From a virus: a stretch of 64,000 nt of DNA. The stretch spans positions 1-64,000 of IMG/VR virus record IMGVR_UViG_3300042945_001784, one strand, 5' to 3'. The first letter of the stretch is position 1. Each line of letters starts with the position of its first letter. The notes below the pieces were generated by a model. That model was not told the DNA's origin. It did not search any database and worked only from the letters and a program-made list of their open reading frames with translations. The position numbers were made by a program, and so were the translations under genes. Positions 19,390 to 28,712 of the stretch are shown here, in pieces.

Positions 19390-20337
19390 ATGGACAACAA
19401 ACTACCTAAAGTTCCTGAAAAAGCGCTTGAAGCTTTGAAGGATGGCATTCAATCTGTTCTTGATTCTAAAGATTGGACTGGTTTTCTTTCTGCTATACGG
19501 TGCATACATGACTATAGTTTCAACAATAAGTTGTTGATCATGATGGCGCAGCACAAGCGTGGATGGGCGTTTAGTCCATTTGTTGCTGGTGCCAGGAAGT
19601 GGAACGATAAGTTCAATCGGCAACTTAAGAAAGGTGAGTTCACCAATCCCATCTGGATCCTTGCTCCAGTACTCATTAAGAAGACAGATGAGAATGGACA
19701 GGTCCTCTGTCGTGCGGATGGAACGCCAGAGCAAGTGCCGATTCGCTTTCGTGGGGTGAAGGTCTATGACCATCATCAAACAGAGGGAGATCCAATCCCT
19801 GAACCAGACACCACTGGCATGATGGCACAGCTAGAGGGAGACATTTCCTCGCATGTCATGGATGGTATGGTTGCTGTCGCAAAGCGCCGTAGCGTTGAGG
19901 TGCAGCGTTGTTCTGCAGCTGATCTTGGTTCTGCTTTAGGCCGCTGCTGGTTTGCCAATCAGGGCCGCGCCAGCAAGATTGAGATCAGCTCTGAAATCAA
20001 TGAGATCACTGCTGTCAGTGTCATGGCTCATGAGCTAGGTCACGCCATCCTTCACAACCGTGATGAGTACCAGGAACATGACTCTTCCTCCATCAAAGAA
20101 CTGGAAGCTGAGTCAGTTGCTTATCTGGTTTGTTCTCATTACGGCGTGGATCTTGGTCGTCGCAGCTTTCAGTACATTGTTCATCACAACACTGCATCTG
20201 ATGATGTCGTTGCAGATCTCTTGAAGTCCGGTGATCGGATTTTCCGTGCCTACGAGGAAATCATTAAGACCACTGATGACTACCTCACGACAGAGCCAGC
20301 TCCAGTGGCTCGACAATTGTTTGTTAGTACTTTATAA
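19390..20337 (+). CDS. ArdC-like ssDNA-binding domain plus zincin metallopeptidase
   Basis: YSFNN.LLI...VAGARKW...RQLKKGE...VYDHHQTEG; HELGH...ELEAESVAY. Confidence 0.85.
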   Translation: MDNKLPKVPEKALEALKDGIQSVLDSKDWTGFLSAIRCIHDYSFNNKLLIMMAQHKRGWAFSPFVAGARKWNDKFNRQLKKGEFTNPIWILAPVLIKKTDENGQVLCRADGTPEQVPIRFRGVKVYDHHQTEGDPIPEPDTTGMMAQLEGDISSHVMDGMVAVAKRRSVEVQRCSAADLGSALGRCWFANQGRASKIEISSEINEITAVSVMAHELGHAILHNRDEYQEHDSSSIKELEAESVAYLVCSHYGVDLGRRSFQYIVHHNTASDDVVADLLKSGDRIFRAYEEIIKTTDDYLTTEPAPVARQLFVSTL

Positions 20338-20344
20338 TTTCTTT

Positions 20345-20630
20345 GGTTCTGATCAGACCCTCGTGGCCGCGAGAACGTCCGGTTACTTTCAGGCGTAACT
20401 GGATACCTGATATCACAGAGTGGAAGCTGTGATGTCAACGATGAAGCAGAAAGAGGAATGGGGGCCGACCCTCATTTAAAACCCGTGAACGGGATCCTCT
20501 TTTGTTAAAAATTTTTGCAGGGGCGCAACCCCACCGATAGCTACACGGCAGGGCTGTTCACTTACCAGCAGAAGGAAACCACAAAAACTTCTGCTCCCCA
20601 GGGCCTGACGTGGTTCTTCTACGGCCCCTT
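20345..20630 (+). ncRNA. Candidate large structured ncRNA
   Basis: TATAAT at 20333; no ORF; at least 7 helices, a long-range closing stem and two pseudoknot pairings. Confidence 0.7.
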
Positions 20631-20638
20631 GGTATAAT
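20630..20638 (+). promoter_or_regulatory. Extended -10 sigma70 promoter
   Basis: TGGTATAAT upstream of the 20648 ORF. Confidence 0.6.
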
Positions 20639-20647
20639 AGGTTCTAT

Positions 20648-22294
20648 GTGCTTTACAAAAACCTTACCATGGCCGTATTATGCAAACCCAAGATCATAGG
20701 AACAGTAGCCTGTGATTCCGGTTCAATCGCTCTTGTTGACCCGTCTCATCTTGAAGTATCGAACGCAGATACTGTTCAGCTTCCTCATTGGAATCTGTTT
20801 ACTTCTGTTGATACTGAAATGGGGGATGGAGAATTTGTTGTTTACGCTCAACGTGACAACCGTGGTTGTTTGCGTCGAGTCATCATTGAAATTGAATGAT
20901 TTCTACTTACGTCTTTCTAGTCTGGGTTCTTATTAATATCATCTTTCTATTTAACTTTACGCTTCCGGTTGGTTACCTTGTTATTGTCAACCTGTCCTTT
21001 ATAGTAGCCAGTATCCTTTCGGACACTGAACCTTCTAATCGGATATGAGCAACCTGCTTGACCCCAGGCGCGAGCCCAATCGCTGGCTTGCTGCTATGTT
21101 TGATCACCTTCTCCAGGTTGGCGATGCTGACTCTCTTGATTCTCTTCGTTCTGGTTATTATCAACTTTGTAATGTTGTTGAGCCTGGTTTGATTGACAGT
21201 CTATTTCAACCTTGGATTGAAGCATATCTTCAAGGACTCCAGGAAACGGATGAAACAGAAAACATTCAAAGTATCCAGCGTCCACCGCAGGGGCTAGAGG
21301 ATCTGCCGGAACCACTCCAATAATTTCCCCTAACTCATACAACGGTTCAGAAGCGTACGGTGGTCTGTGCCACCAAAACTTTAAGGCTTCCCAATCTACT
21401 AACCAGTCCGGGTGGTATGCCAACCACCTGGACCATGCTTTAAATTGTTTTTCTGGATGCCTTGAAGTGCAATCTAAGTACAGACAGTCACCAGGTTCTA
21501 TTTGCCAGCGTGCTAACAACAGGTGTTTAAAGCCTCGATTGATTGATTTGAAACCACCCTTGCCTGTTAGGTGGCTACGCATGTTGCTAGCACGTTTGTT
21601 TTTTTTATTTCGATACCAATCGTTAAGTTGTCGTTTTGATTTACTAATAGCATAAGCTACACGCCACACCCAATGATTACCGGTAAAGCAAAACTCTGGT
21701 GTTAAAAAGAGTTTGCAATACTGATCATTGATTTTAAACGTAGTAGTGCTACGCTTTCGGGATACTCTATAGGTCATGGCGTGGACGATCTTATCATTGC
21801 TATCCAACAAGATCCCGAATTATGGGAGATTGTTGAGAAGCTGAAAAGTCCTGATGAAGATCTAGAAGATTTCCTGCTCAGCATAGCTCATATGCTATCC
21901 ATTGAGTTTCAGGAGCTTCATAAAACAGATCTTTCCGATAAACTTGCTTCTTTATTCGGTGGTCTTCCTAGTAAGTCACTGATCATGGCACCGATGCTCC
22001 TGCACATTGCACTGGACATCTTTTTGATGCGTGCCATTCCTCAACAAGAGGAGGGGTGATATGCAACACGGTTATGTTCTTTGTAACTATGATCTGTCTC
22101 AGGTGTTGTGTCTGACGCCAGAGAAAGATGGCGTGGTCCTGCAAGATGTGAGCAGTACAAAAGTACTCAATAAAGCGATATGCTTGTCAGACCTGACTGA
22201 AGCTAAGAATGTTTTACAAATGCTTCAGAATAAAGAGATGACAGGCGATCTTGAGATTGTTAATGTGGCACGACTGTACAAGAAATTCTTCTAA
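20648..22294 (+). other. Small hypothetical CDS (20648-20899, 21045-21323, 21781-22059, about 22061-22294)
   Basis: ORF track. Confidence 0.6.
21094..21777 (-). CDS. Hypothetical protein
   Basis: Trp-rich ORF; 3' end overlaps 21045..21323. Confidence 0.6.
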   Translation of the reverse strand: MTYRVSRKRSTTTFKINDQYCKLFLTPEFCFTGNHWVWRVAYAISKSKRQLNDWYRNKKNKRASNMRSHLTGKGGFKSINRGFKHLLLARWQIEPGDCLYLDCTSRHPEKQFKAWSRWLAYHPDWLVDWEALKFWWHRPPYASEPLYELGEIIGVVPADPLAPAVDAGYFECFLFHPFPGVLEDMLQSKVEIDCQSNQAQQHYKVDNNQNEENQESQHRQPGEGDQT

Positions 22295-22306
22295 GGTGAT
22301 CTCAGT

Positions 22307-24154
22307 ATGAGACTTGTTCTAGACCTTGAGAGTAATGGATTGTTGCCAGTGATGGACACGATCCATTGTATTGTTCTGCGTGATCTAGATACAGGTAACA
22401 TCATTAGCTGTGCTGATCAACCTGGTTATCACAGCCTTGAGATGGCCCTTGATTTTATAAGAGAAGCCACGTTAATTGTTGGGCACAACGTTATCAAGTT
22501 TGATATACCTGCCCTTAAAAAAATATATCCAAGCTTACAACTTAAACCTAATGTTGAATATTACGATACGTTAGTTGTTAGTAGGGTTATGTGGCCCGAG
22601 TTAGAGCCTGTTGATGCTGCTAAGTTTTCACATATCCCACGTAAATACTTTGGTCGCCACAGCTTAGCAGCCTGGGGTGAGCGCCTTGGCGTAAGCAAGA
22701 TTAACTTCAAAGAAGAAAGTAAAAAAGATAACGATGAAGTAGAAGATGTGTGGGAAAGATGGACTCCTACAATGCAAACATATTGTGAAGGTGACGTAGA
22801 AGTATCGACTAGACTATATGAATATCTTTCCTGCCAACAGCTTGACCCCAGGTGTCAGCAACTAGAGCATGAGTTTGCTCTGGTCATGATGCAGCAGGAA
22901 ACATTTGGGTTTCCCTTCAATGAAAAGGCAGCCTATGCGTTGGTCAACACGCTCAAAGCTCGACGCTCTGAGCTTGAGGATGAACTGCAAACAACCTTCC
23001 CGCCAATCGAGGAAGAACGCTGGTCGGAAAAGACTGGCAAACAACTTAAAACAGAGATTACAGTATTCAATCCTGCCTCCAGGACACAGATCTCGCAGCG
23101 GCTACGAGCTAAGTACCCTGAGATTACATTTGAATCCACGAAAAAGGGTAAGCCCAAGGTGGATGATGACGTTCTGGAATCTCTTGGTCAGAAATATCCA
23201 GAAGCTAAGTTGTTGGCTGAGTACCAACTCTTTAACAAAAGGCTTGGTCAAATCGCAGAGGGGAAGGAAGCGTGGTTAAACCATTGCAGGATCTATAACG
23301 ATGGCCGTATTCATGGCGAAGTTATTACTAACACTTGCATTAGCGGCAGATGTAGCCACAAACGGCCCAACATGGCCCAAGTCCCCAGTGTTGGTCACGC
23401 TTTTGGAGCTGAGTGCAGGGCTCTGTTTTATGCTCCTGATGGTTGGTTGTTGGTTGGTGCTGATGCTTCTGGACTCGAACTCAGGGCGCTAGGCTCCTGG
23501 CTTGCTTACTTTGATGATGGTGAGTACGCCAGGCTAGTCAGCACTGAGGGTTTTGATATCCACACATACAATGCCAAACTCTTTGGGATCTACGATGGTG
23601 TAGGCGAGATCAGCAAGGCTACCCGTGATCTATCGAAGCGGCTTATTTATTGCATCTTGTATGGTGGCGGTGCAAAAAAGACTGGATCCATTATTTCTCC
23701 TGACGAAGGTGAAAATACCCAGTACCAGCAGGGTAAGAAAACCATTGATACGTTCTATCGGAATCTACCTGCTATCAAGAAGCTTAAAGATCTCATCGAA
23801 GAACGCATTACGCAACGCGGTTATCTTACTGGTATTGACGGCAGACGGTTACAGATTCGCTCTAAACATTCAGCCCTCAACCAACTCCTCCAATCGACGG
23901 GAGCGATTGCGGTAAAGAAAGCAACAACAATTCTTTATGATGATTTAACTAATGAAGGATTAGTCTTTGCAAAGGACTGGGGATTTGTTGCACACGTACA
24001 CGATGAATATCAGGCTTTAGTTAAGCCTGAGTACGTTGATCTTTATACCAAGCTAGCTATTGATTCGTTCCGTAAATCTGGTGAGTACTTTCAGTTGAAG
24101 TGTCCACTTACTGGTGAAGCCAGGACAGGTAAGAACTGGCAAGAAACTCACTGA
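22307..24154 (+). CDS. polA: Family A DNA polymerase with 3'-5' exonuclease (T7-like, Tyr762 type)
   Basis: DLESNG ExoI; GHNVIKFD ExoII; DASGLELR motif A; RDLSKRLIYCILYG motif B; HVHDE motif C. Confidence 0.97.
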   Translation: MRLVLDLESNGLLPVMDTIHCIVLRDLDTGNIISCADQPGYHSLEMALDFIREATLIVGHNVIKFDIPALKKIYPSLQLKPNVEYYDTLVVSRVMWPELEPVDAAKFSHIPRKYFGRHSLAAWGERLGVSKINFKEESKKDNDEVEDVWERWTPTMQTYCEGDVEVSTRLYEYLSCQQLDPRCQQLEHEFALVMMQQETFGFPFNEKAAYALVNTLKARRSELEDELQTTFPPIEEERWSEKTGKQLKTEITVFNPASRTQISQRLRAKYPEITFESTKKGKPKVDDDVLESLGQKYPEAKLLAEYQLFNKRLGQIAEGKEAWLNHCRIYNDGRIHGEVITNTCISGRCSHKRPNMAQVPSVGHAFGAECRALFYAPDGWLLVGADASGLELRALGSWLAYFDDGEYARLVSTEGFDIHTYNAKLFGIYDGVGEISKATRDLSKRLIYCILYGGGAKKTGSIISPDEGENTQYQQGKKTIDTFYRNLPAIKKLKDLIEERITQRGYLTGIDGRRLQIRSKHSALNQLLQSTGAIAVKKATTILYDDLTNEGLVFAKDWGFVAHVHDEYQALVKPEYVDLYTKLAIDSFRKSGEYFQLKCPLTGEARTGKNWQETH

Positions 24155-25288
24155 TTACTTAGATTCAACTTGGAAAGGACCACCATATCCTGTTCCTTTC
24201 AAGCGATGTTTAGATTCATCGTATCCATATTGACGCAAGCTTTGCTCTAGCCCACTGTAATCACTTCCTCTAAAGCGATCTACAACAGGATCAATCACAT
24301 AATCTGTGACAACATCTGCAAGTTTTTCTGCGCCGCGACCAGCTAATTCTCCAATAACTCCTTCAGTAAAACCACGCGTTGCTGGTGGTCCTGCATAAGT
24401 TGCAAATGCGCCACCAAGTAAACGACGGCCTTTAGGTAAACCTAGCTCACCTGCTAATCTAAAAGCGTTACGAGTTGCCAATGCTTCTTCTGCAAGCGTG
24501 TGTCTTATGCCAGGAGAAGTTACATTGCTTAAAAGTCCTTCAAGTCCAGCTTGCCATAAACTTCTGTTTTCATCTTGAGAATTTCTGCCTGCACTTAAAC
24601 CACTGATAGTTCCTGGTTCAATATACTGTTTTCCATATCGTAAGTTGCGTTCTTTTTGCGCAAGACCTGGATCAGCAAAGTTAAGAGCGTGTCCAAACTC
24701 ATGCAAAGTAACCGGTGCTGAATATCTAGCATAATTTTTTAGTTGTGGTTTTTCATCCATTAATTTATTGAAACGTTCATCTAACTCAGGTTTGCTGCCC
24801 CAAGGTAGGCTTTGAAGATCCTGCATAATAGGTGATATTTTTTCATCGAATTTTCCAAGATCTTGCATGTATTTTGCACGTGCTTCATCAGACAAAACTC
24901 CTTGAACATTGACACGATTTTCATTATCGAAAAAAGCATCAGGATGGTCTATAAAACCGGTAAAGTTTACAGGTGTTCTTAGTTTTGGATTAAGAAACTC
25001 TTGTACTTTTTCAATGGTTGATAAAGGAACTTGTGTTGCAGGATTTGCTCTTAATTTATTGAGTGTTTCACTTCCTAATGAAGCTGATTGATTTAGTAAA
25101 GACCGAGCTGCGTTAACTCCTGTAACTTCTCTTGCAAAATTCTGTGCTTCTTCTACTTTTCTACGGTTTACAGACTGTCCTACATAAGGACTATCAGCTC
25201 CACCAGGGAGCAGCCCTCCCGCTAAGTTTTTATCTACGGCTCCATAAACTTTTTGAAAGCCGCCGCTTAGCCAGTTAGGAAAAGGCAT
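24155..25288 (-). CDS. Putative zincin metallopeptidase-domain protein
   Basis: TLHEFGHALN...LAEEALATRNA in a Gly-rich ORF. Confidence 0.6.
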   Translation of the reverse strand: MPFPNWLSGGFQKVYGAVDKNLAGGLLPGGADSPYVGQSVNRRKVEEAQNFAREVTGVNAARSLLNQSASLGSETLNKLRANPATQVPLSTIEKVQEFLNPKLRTPVNFTGFIDHPDAFFDNENRVNVQGVLSDEARAKYMQDLGKFDEKISPIMQDLQSLPWGSKPELDERFNKLMDEKPQLKNYARYSAPVTLHEFGHALNFADPGLAQKERNLRYGKQYIEPGTISGLSAGRNSQDENRSLWQAGLEGLLSNVTSPGIRHTLAEEALATRNAFRLAGELGLPKGRRLLGGAFATYAGPPATRGFTEGVIGELAGRGAEKLADVVTDYVIDPVVDRFRGSDYSGLEQSLRQYGYDESKHRLKGTGYGGPFQVESK

Positions 25289-25317
25289 TGTATTTTTTAA
25301 CCTACTTTAATTTTAAA

Positions 25318-25428
25318 TTACTTTTTCTTTCCGCCGTTCTTAGCTTTACGAGCATTGGCATTACCGCTATTCTGCTTAGCATTTTGCTTAGCAGTTGCAG
25401 CGGATTTTTTGTTCTTTGGTTTAGACAT
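25318..25428 (-). CDS. 36-aa Lys/Ala-rich basic peptide
   Basis: MSKPKNKKSAATAKQNAKQNSGNANARKAKNGGKKK; start overlaps the upstream stop codon. Confidence 0.55.
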   Translation of the reverse strand: MSKPKNKKSAATAKQNAKQNSGNANARKAKNGGKKK

Positions 25429-26738
25429 TAGCGGCTAATTTCCTCCCAATCTAGAGAAGCATGGATGTCTGCACCGCTAACATCAGATGCTGCAATTAAA
25501 GTCAGCTCGTAGGGTGTAGATGTAAAAGGTTCTCTTTCTAATTGGAAAGTAAAAAGAGCTTCCTTAAGAATGTCAACTGGAGTAGATCCTTGGTTAGCGC
25601 CAATGGTATAACCGCTGGCTAAGATTCGTCCAGTTCCTTGGGTAAATCCTGTACCCGTAATGTTATATTCTACTGCAGAATTAGTTCCTGCACTAACCCA
25701 CGTTCCGCCTGTTGTTGTACCACTTGCAACAACTCTCCAGTTATATGTTGCATTGTTTGTAATCCCAATCAATGAAAGAGCTGTCAAAATAACAATGGCA
25801 TCTAAACGATTAGGAGATGTTTTAAGCCGGATTGACGCCAGGGGGTAGTAGGTTCCTGCTGTTGTTAGGTCAACAGGAGTTGTAATTGGAGTACCAATTG
25901 CTTGTTGTACGCCCCTAAGTTCGTAGCCTCCTTCGGAAACAACAGAAGAACAAACTTGTTTTAATGTACTGTTACTTGCAGTTGTTCCTGTGTTTTCAAT
26001 CTCATAGCGTAAAGGTAAAGATGCTGTTGTGATATAGGTTGAAGTAATTATATTGGCGTGATGGAAAGAATGGCAGTGAATAAATACACCATTGATAACA
26101 AAACCTAAGCGAACTGTTCCTAAACCAAGCCACTCAATATCCATCCAAAAGATCTGTGCTTTTGTAATATCAAGAGTCAGTCCTGAAAGACCTTCACCAT
26201 CTAATTTATCTACGTTCCAGTTACTCTGGGCTACACGTGTTTCTGTTACGGATCCAGTGACGCTGCTTCTTTCAACAAAAGATAAGGTTGAACCATTTAA
26301 TTCAACGTAGATACCATTATCATTTCCAAAGTATCCAACACGTTGACGTAAATTTTGTTTTGCAGGATTGAATACAAAAGTATTTAATACAAGAAGACTT
26401 TTACCTGGTTGGTATGAGAAAACCTTAGTAGTTTCTCGATATACTTTTGATCCTGACGTTGTTGTTACGTTTAAATTAACTAAACCTTCGCTAGTACTGA
26501 ACGATGTTGTCCCACCACTTGCTGTATTTATTGCCCACAAACCATTATCGTTATAGCGATGGCTAGAATCAAACAAAGTTAAGGGTTGTGACATCCTTAA
26601 CCGTCCAAAAGCATCACTTGCTATTGAACTGCCTCCACCTGATGGAGCTGTTATCGCTACATTTAGTACCTGATCATCAGGATTTAGTACTTTGACAACC
26701 TCATAAAGATTGTCATCTCTTTCAATAACGGTTGCCAT
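25428..26738 (-). CDS. Virion structural protein, beta-rich
   Basis: DAFGRLRMSQPLTLFDS...YQPGKS...WLGLGTVRLG, a common phage structural pattern. Confidence 0.7.
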   Translation of the reverse strand: MATVIERDDNLYEVVKVLNPDDQVLNVAITAPSGGGSSIASDAFGRLRMSQPLTLFDSSHRYNDNGLWAINTASGGTTSFSTSEGLVNLNVTTTSGSKVYRETTKVFSYQPGKSLLVLNTFVFNPAKQNLRQRVGYFGNDNGIYVELNGSTLSFVERSSVTGSVTETRVAQSNWNVDKLDGEGLSGLTLDITKAQIFWMDIEWLGLGTVRLGFVINGVFIHCHSFHHANIITSTYITTASLPLRYEIENTGTTASNSTLKQVCSSVVSEGGYELRGVQQAIGTPITTPVDLTTAGTYYPLASIRLKTSPNRLDAIVILTALSLIGITNNATYNWRVVASGTTTGGTWVSAGTNSAVEYNITGTGFTQGTGRILASGYTIGANQGSTPVDILKEALFTFQLEREPFTSTPYELTLIAASDVSGADIHASLDWEEISR

Positions 26739-26740
26739 GA

Positions 26741-27079
26741 TTACTGCGCCGAGAAGCTAAGACGTACAATAGCATTTGTTCCGCCAGTTTCTTTGTAGAA
26801 GTTAGCGCGAACAAATTTCACAGGGATGTTGCTGGCTTTATAAACAAAGGTTCCGTTCTCAGTTATGGTATTTGAAATGATGGGTCCGTAGTGCGTTCCA
26901 TCAATGCTGCCATCCAGTCGAACAACAACATTTGTATCAATATTGCTGACGGTAGCTACCAAAGAATAATTCTTGGTGGAGAAGTAATTGTTTTCATACA
27001 CAGACACAGGTGGCGTTGTTCCAGGCGCTGTTAGCTCTCCTGCGTTAAAGAACAACGTGTCCTGAAAATACGTAACCAC
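26741..27079 (-). CDS. Small structural-type protein
   Basis: VVVRLDGSIDGTHY beta-sandwich pattern. Confidence 0.6.
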   Translation of the reverse strand: MVTYFQDTLFFNAGELTAPGTTPPVSVYENNYFSTKNYSLVATVSNIDTNVVVRLDGSIDGTHYGPIISNTITENGTFVYKASNIPVKFVRANFYKETGGTNAIVRLSFSAQ

Positions 27080-27148
27080 TTCTTAAGACTCTTTTCTCCT
27101 TGCCATTCTAGAAGAAGTAAGTACAGTACACACGGTGCCCACCTTCTC

Positions 27149-27325
27149 ATGGAACCCCAACGCATCAGTGCTATTAAAGCCTCCCTGTACGACATGTCCA
27201 TGGAGGAACTTCAAGATATGAGCGATGATCTCAGCGATCTCATCTCAGTCTTAATCACGCGCCAGGTAGCAATCGAAGATGCCATCTTGGATCGCCTTGA
27301 AGCAGCTTTTGCAAAACAGGCATGA
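27149..27325 (+). CDS. 58-aa helical hypothetical protein
   Basis: MEPQRISAIKASLYDMSMEEL...; ATGA overlap with the next gene. Confidence 0.6.
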   Translation: MEPQRISAIKASLYDMSMEELQDMSDDLSDLISVLITRQVAIEDAILDRLEAAFAKQA

Positions 27326-27777
27326 ACCCTGAAGAGCATAAGTGGCACCAGCGTTTTACCTTGTTGGCTAGGCAAGTCGCCAGCTGGAGTAAAGATCCAT
27401 CCACTCAAGTTGGTTGTGTACTAACCAACAACAAAAAAGTTTTAAGTGTTGGATATAACGGATTTCCTAAGAACATTAGTGATGACCTAAACCGACTCAT
27501 TGATCGTGAGCAAAAGTATGAAATCACTGTTCATGCTGAAGTTAATGCAGTCACAACAGCTGCACTTCACGGTGTCAGTACTGAAGGCGCTAACGCTTAC
27601 ATTACTTTCAATCCATGCTCTCGCTGTGCTGCTGTACTTATCAACGCAGGTATTAATGCCATCTATGTGGATGGCGGTTCCGAAATCCCTGAGCGTTGGT
27701 TAGAAAACTTCATACTGGCCAGCAAAATTCTTGCTGAAGCCGGGGTAGAGTACCACACCATTGATCCCACTTCCTAA
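27322..27777 (+). CDS. dCMP deaminase
   Basis: SKDPSTQVG, GYNG, HAEVNA, PCSRC zinc motifs. Confidence 0.95.
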   Translation: MNPEEHKWHQRFTLLARQVASWSKDPSTQVGCVLTNNKKVLSVGYNGFPKNISDDLNRLIDREQKYEITVHAEVNAVTTAALHGVSTEGANAYITFNPCSRCAAVLINAGINAIYVDGGSEIPERWLENFILASKILAEAGVEYHTIDPTS

Positions 27778-27779
27778 TC

Positions 27780-28529
27780 ATGAACAATCTGCTTGCCACT
27801 GGTATTTATGCCGGTGAGAAATTTATGGATAATGGTTTGCGTTTTGTGCAAATCAATCTTCCAAAGGTAGGTAATTCAGGTGCACAAGTTCCTCTACTTG
27901 TTGTACCTAATAAAGCTGCAGGTGAAACCTTTGATGTGTTTCAACCTGGTGCAACATTATTAGTTGGAGGTCGGTTGTATCCCAACCGTCAAGATTACAA
28001 GATGTACTTGGTTCCTAACCAGGTGTTTCAGATTGCTCCCCCTAACCTCGTAGTTAATCAGGTTAATCTTGCTGGTGGTGTGGGATTTATTCCAGAACAA
28101 AACAAGGAAGATCTGTTTACTTTCTCGCTGATGTGCTCAGCTCCAGCGCAGCAGATCCTTGGCCACACTTGGGATGACAGCCTTGCGTTCCGCATGGAAG
28201 CATGGGGTGATGATGCTAAGCGCATGACTGCAAACCTCCATGTGGGACGGCAGATCGCTGTGTCTGGCGTGCTCCGCTACAACACCTGGACCACACAGGA
28301 TGGTCAGCAGCGTGGTATGTATCAGGTCCGCGTGAAGAGTGGTACCTATGCCTTCTTTGGTAAGAACAAGAAGAAGGAAGAACAGAATGAGCTGCGGGCT
28401 GTCAACACTGGCAATCGGTTTGAGTCGCCAGCAGCTGTAACAGCGGAGCCTTATCAGTCCTCTGTGCAACTGCCTCCTTTGCAGCAGGACGTACCAGCCG
28501 GTATCAACGGTGACGATGTTCCTTTCTGA
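27780..28529 (+). CDS. SSB-like protein, probably tandem OB folds
   Basis: EAWGDDA...LHVGRQIAVSGVLRYNTW...GQQR; acidic DDVPF tail. Confidence 0.75.
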   Translation: MNNLLATGIYAGEKFMDNGLRFVQINLPKVGNSGAQVPLLVVPNKAAGETFDVFQPGATLLVGGRLYPNRQDYKMYLVPNQVFQIAPPNLVVNQVNLAGGVGFIPEQNKEDLFTFSLMCSAPAQQILGHTWDDSLAFRMEAWGDDAKRMTANLHVGRQIAVSGVLRYNTWTTQDGQQRGMYQVRVKSGTYAFFGKNKKKEEQNELRAVNTGNRFESPAAVTAEPYQSSVQLPPLQQDVPAGINGDDVPF

Positions 28530-28631
28530 TAAGAAAAAGTAATACGTAACAATGAATTCAATCCATCTGCCTTAGCTAAGGTAGGGGAGGCGAAGAACCA
28601 AGGGTTGCAGGTGCTACTGCAACCTTTTCAT

Positions 28632-28693
28632 CCTCAGGTCAGCGCCAGTGGAGCCAACCCGTTGTGCAGGTGCAACTCCTGCTCTGAGGACCA
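28632..28693 (+). ncRNA. tRNA-like element lacking an anticodon arm
   Basis: 7-bp stem CCTCAGG/TCTGAGG plus ACCA; T-arm GCAGG-TGCAACT-CCTGC; CAGCG/CGTTG arm with AGTGG in its loop. Confidence 0.55.
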
Positions 28694-28712
28694 TCCAAAC
28701 GCAACGAACGTA

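Noticed and set aside
20461-20535. tmRNA, suggested by GGGGCCGAC and CCACC
   Set aside because: No proper acceptor stem, T-arm or tag reading frame could be assembled.
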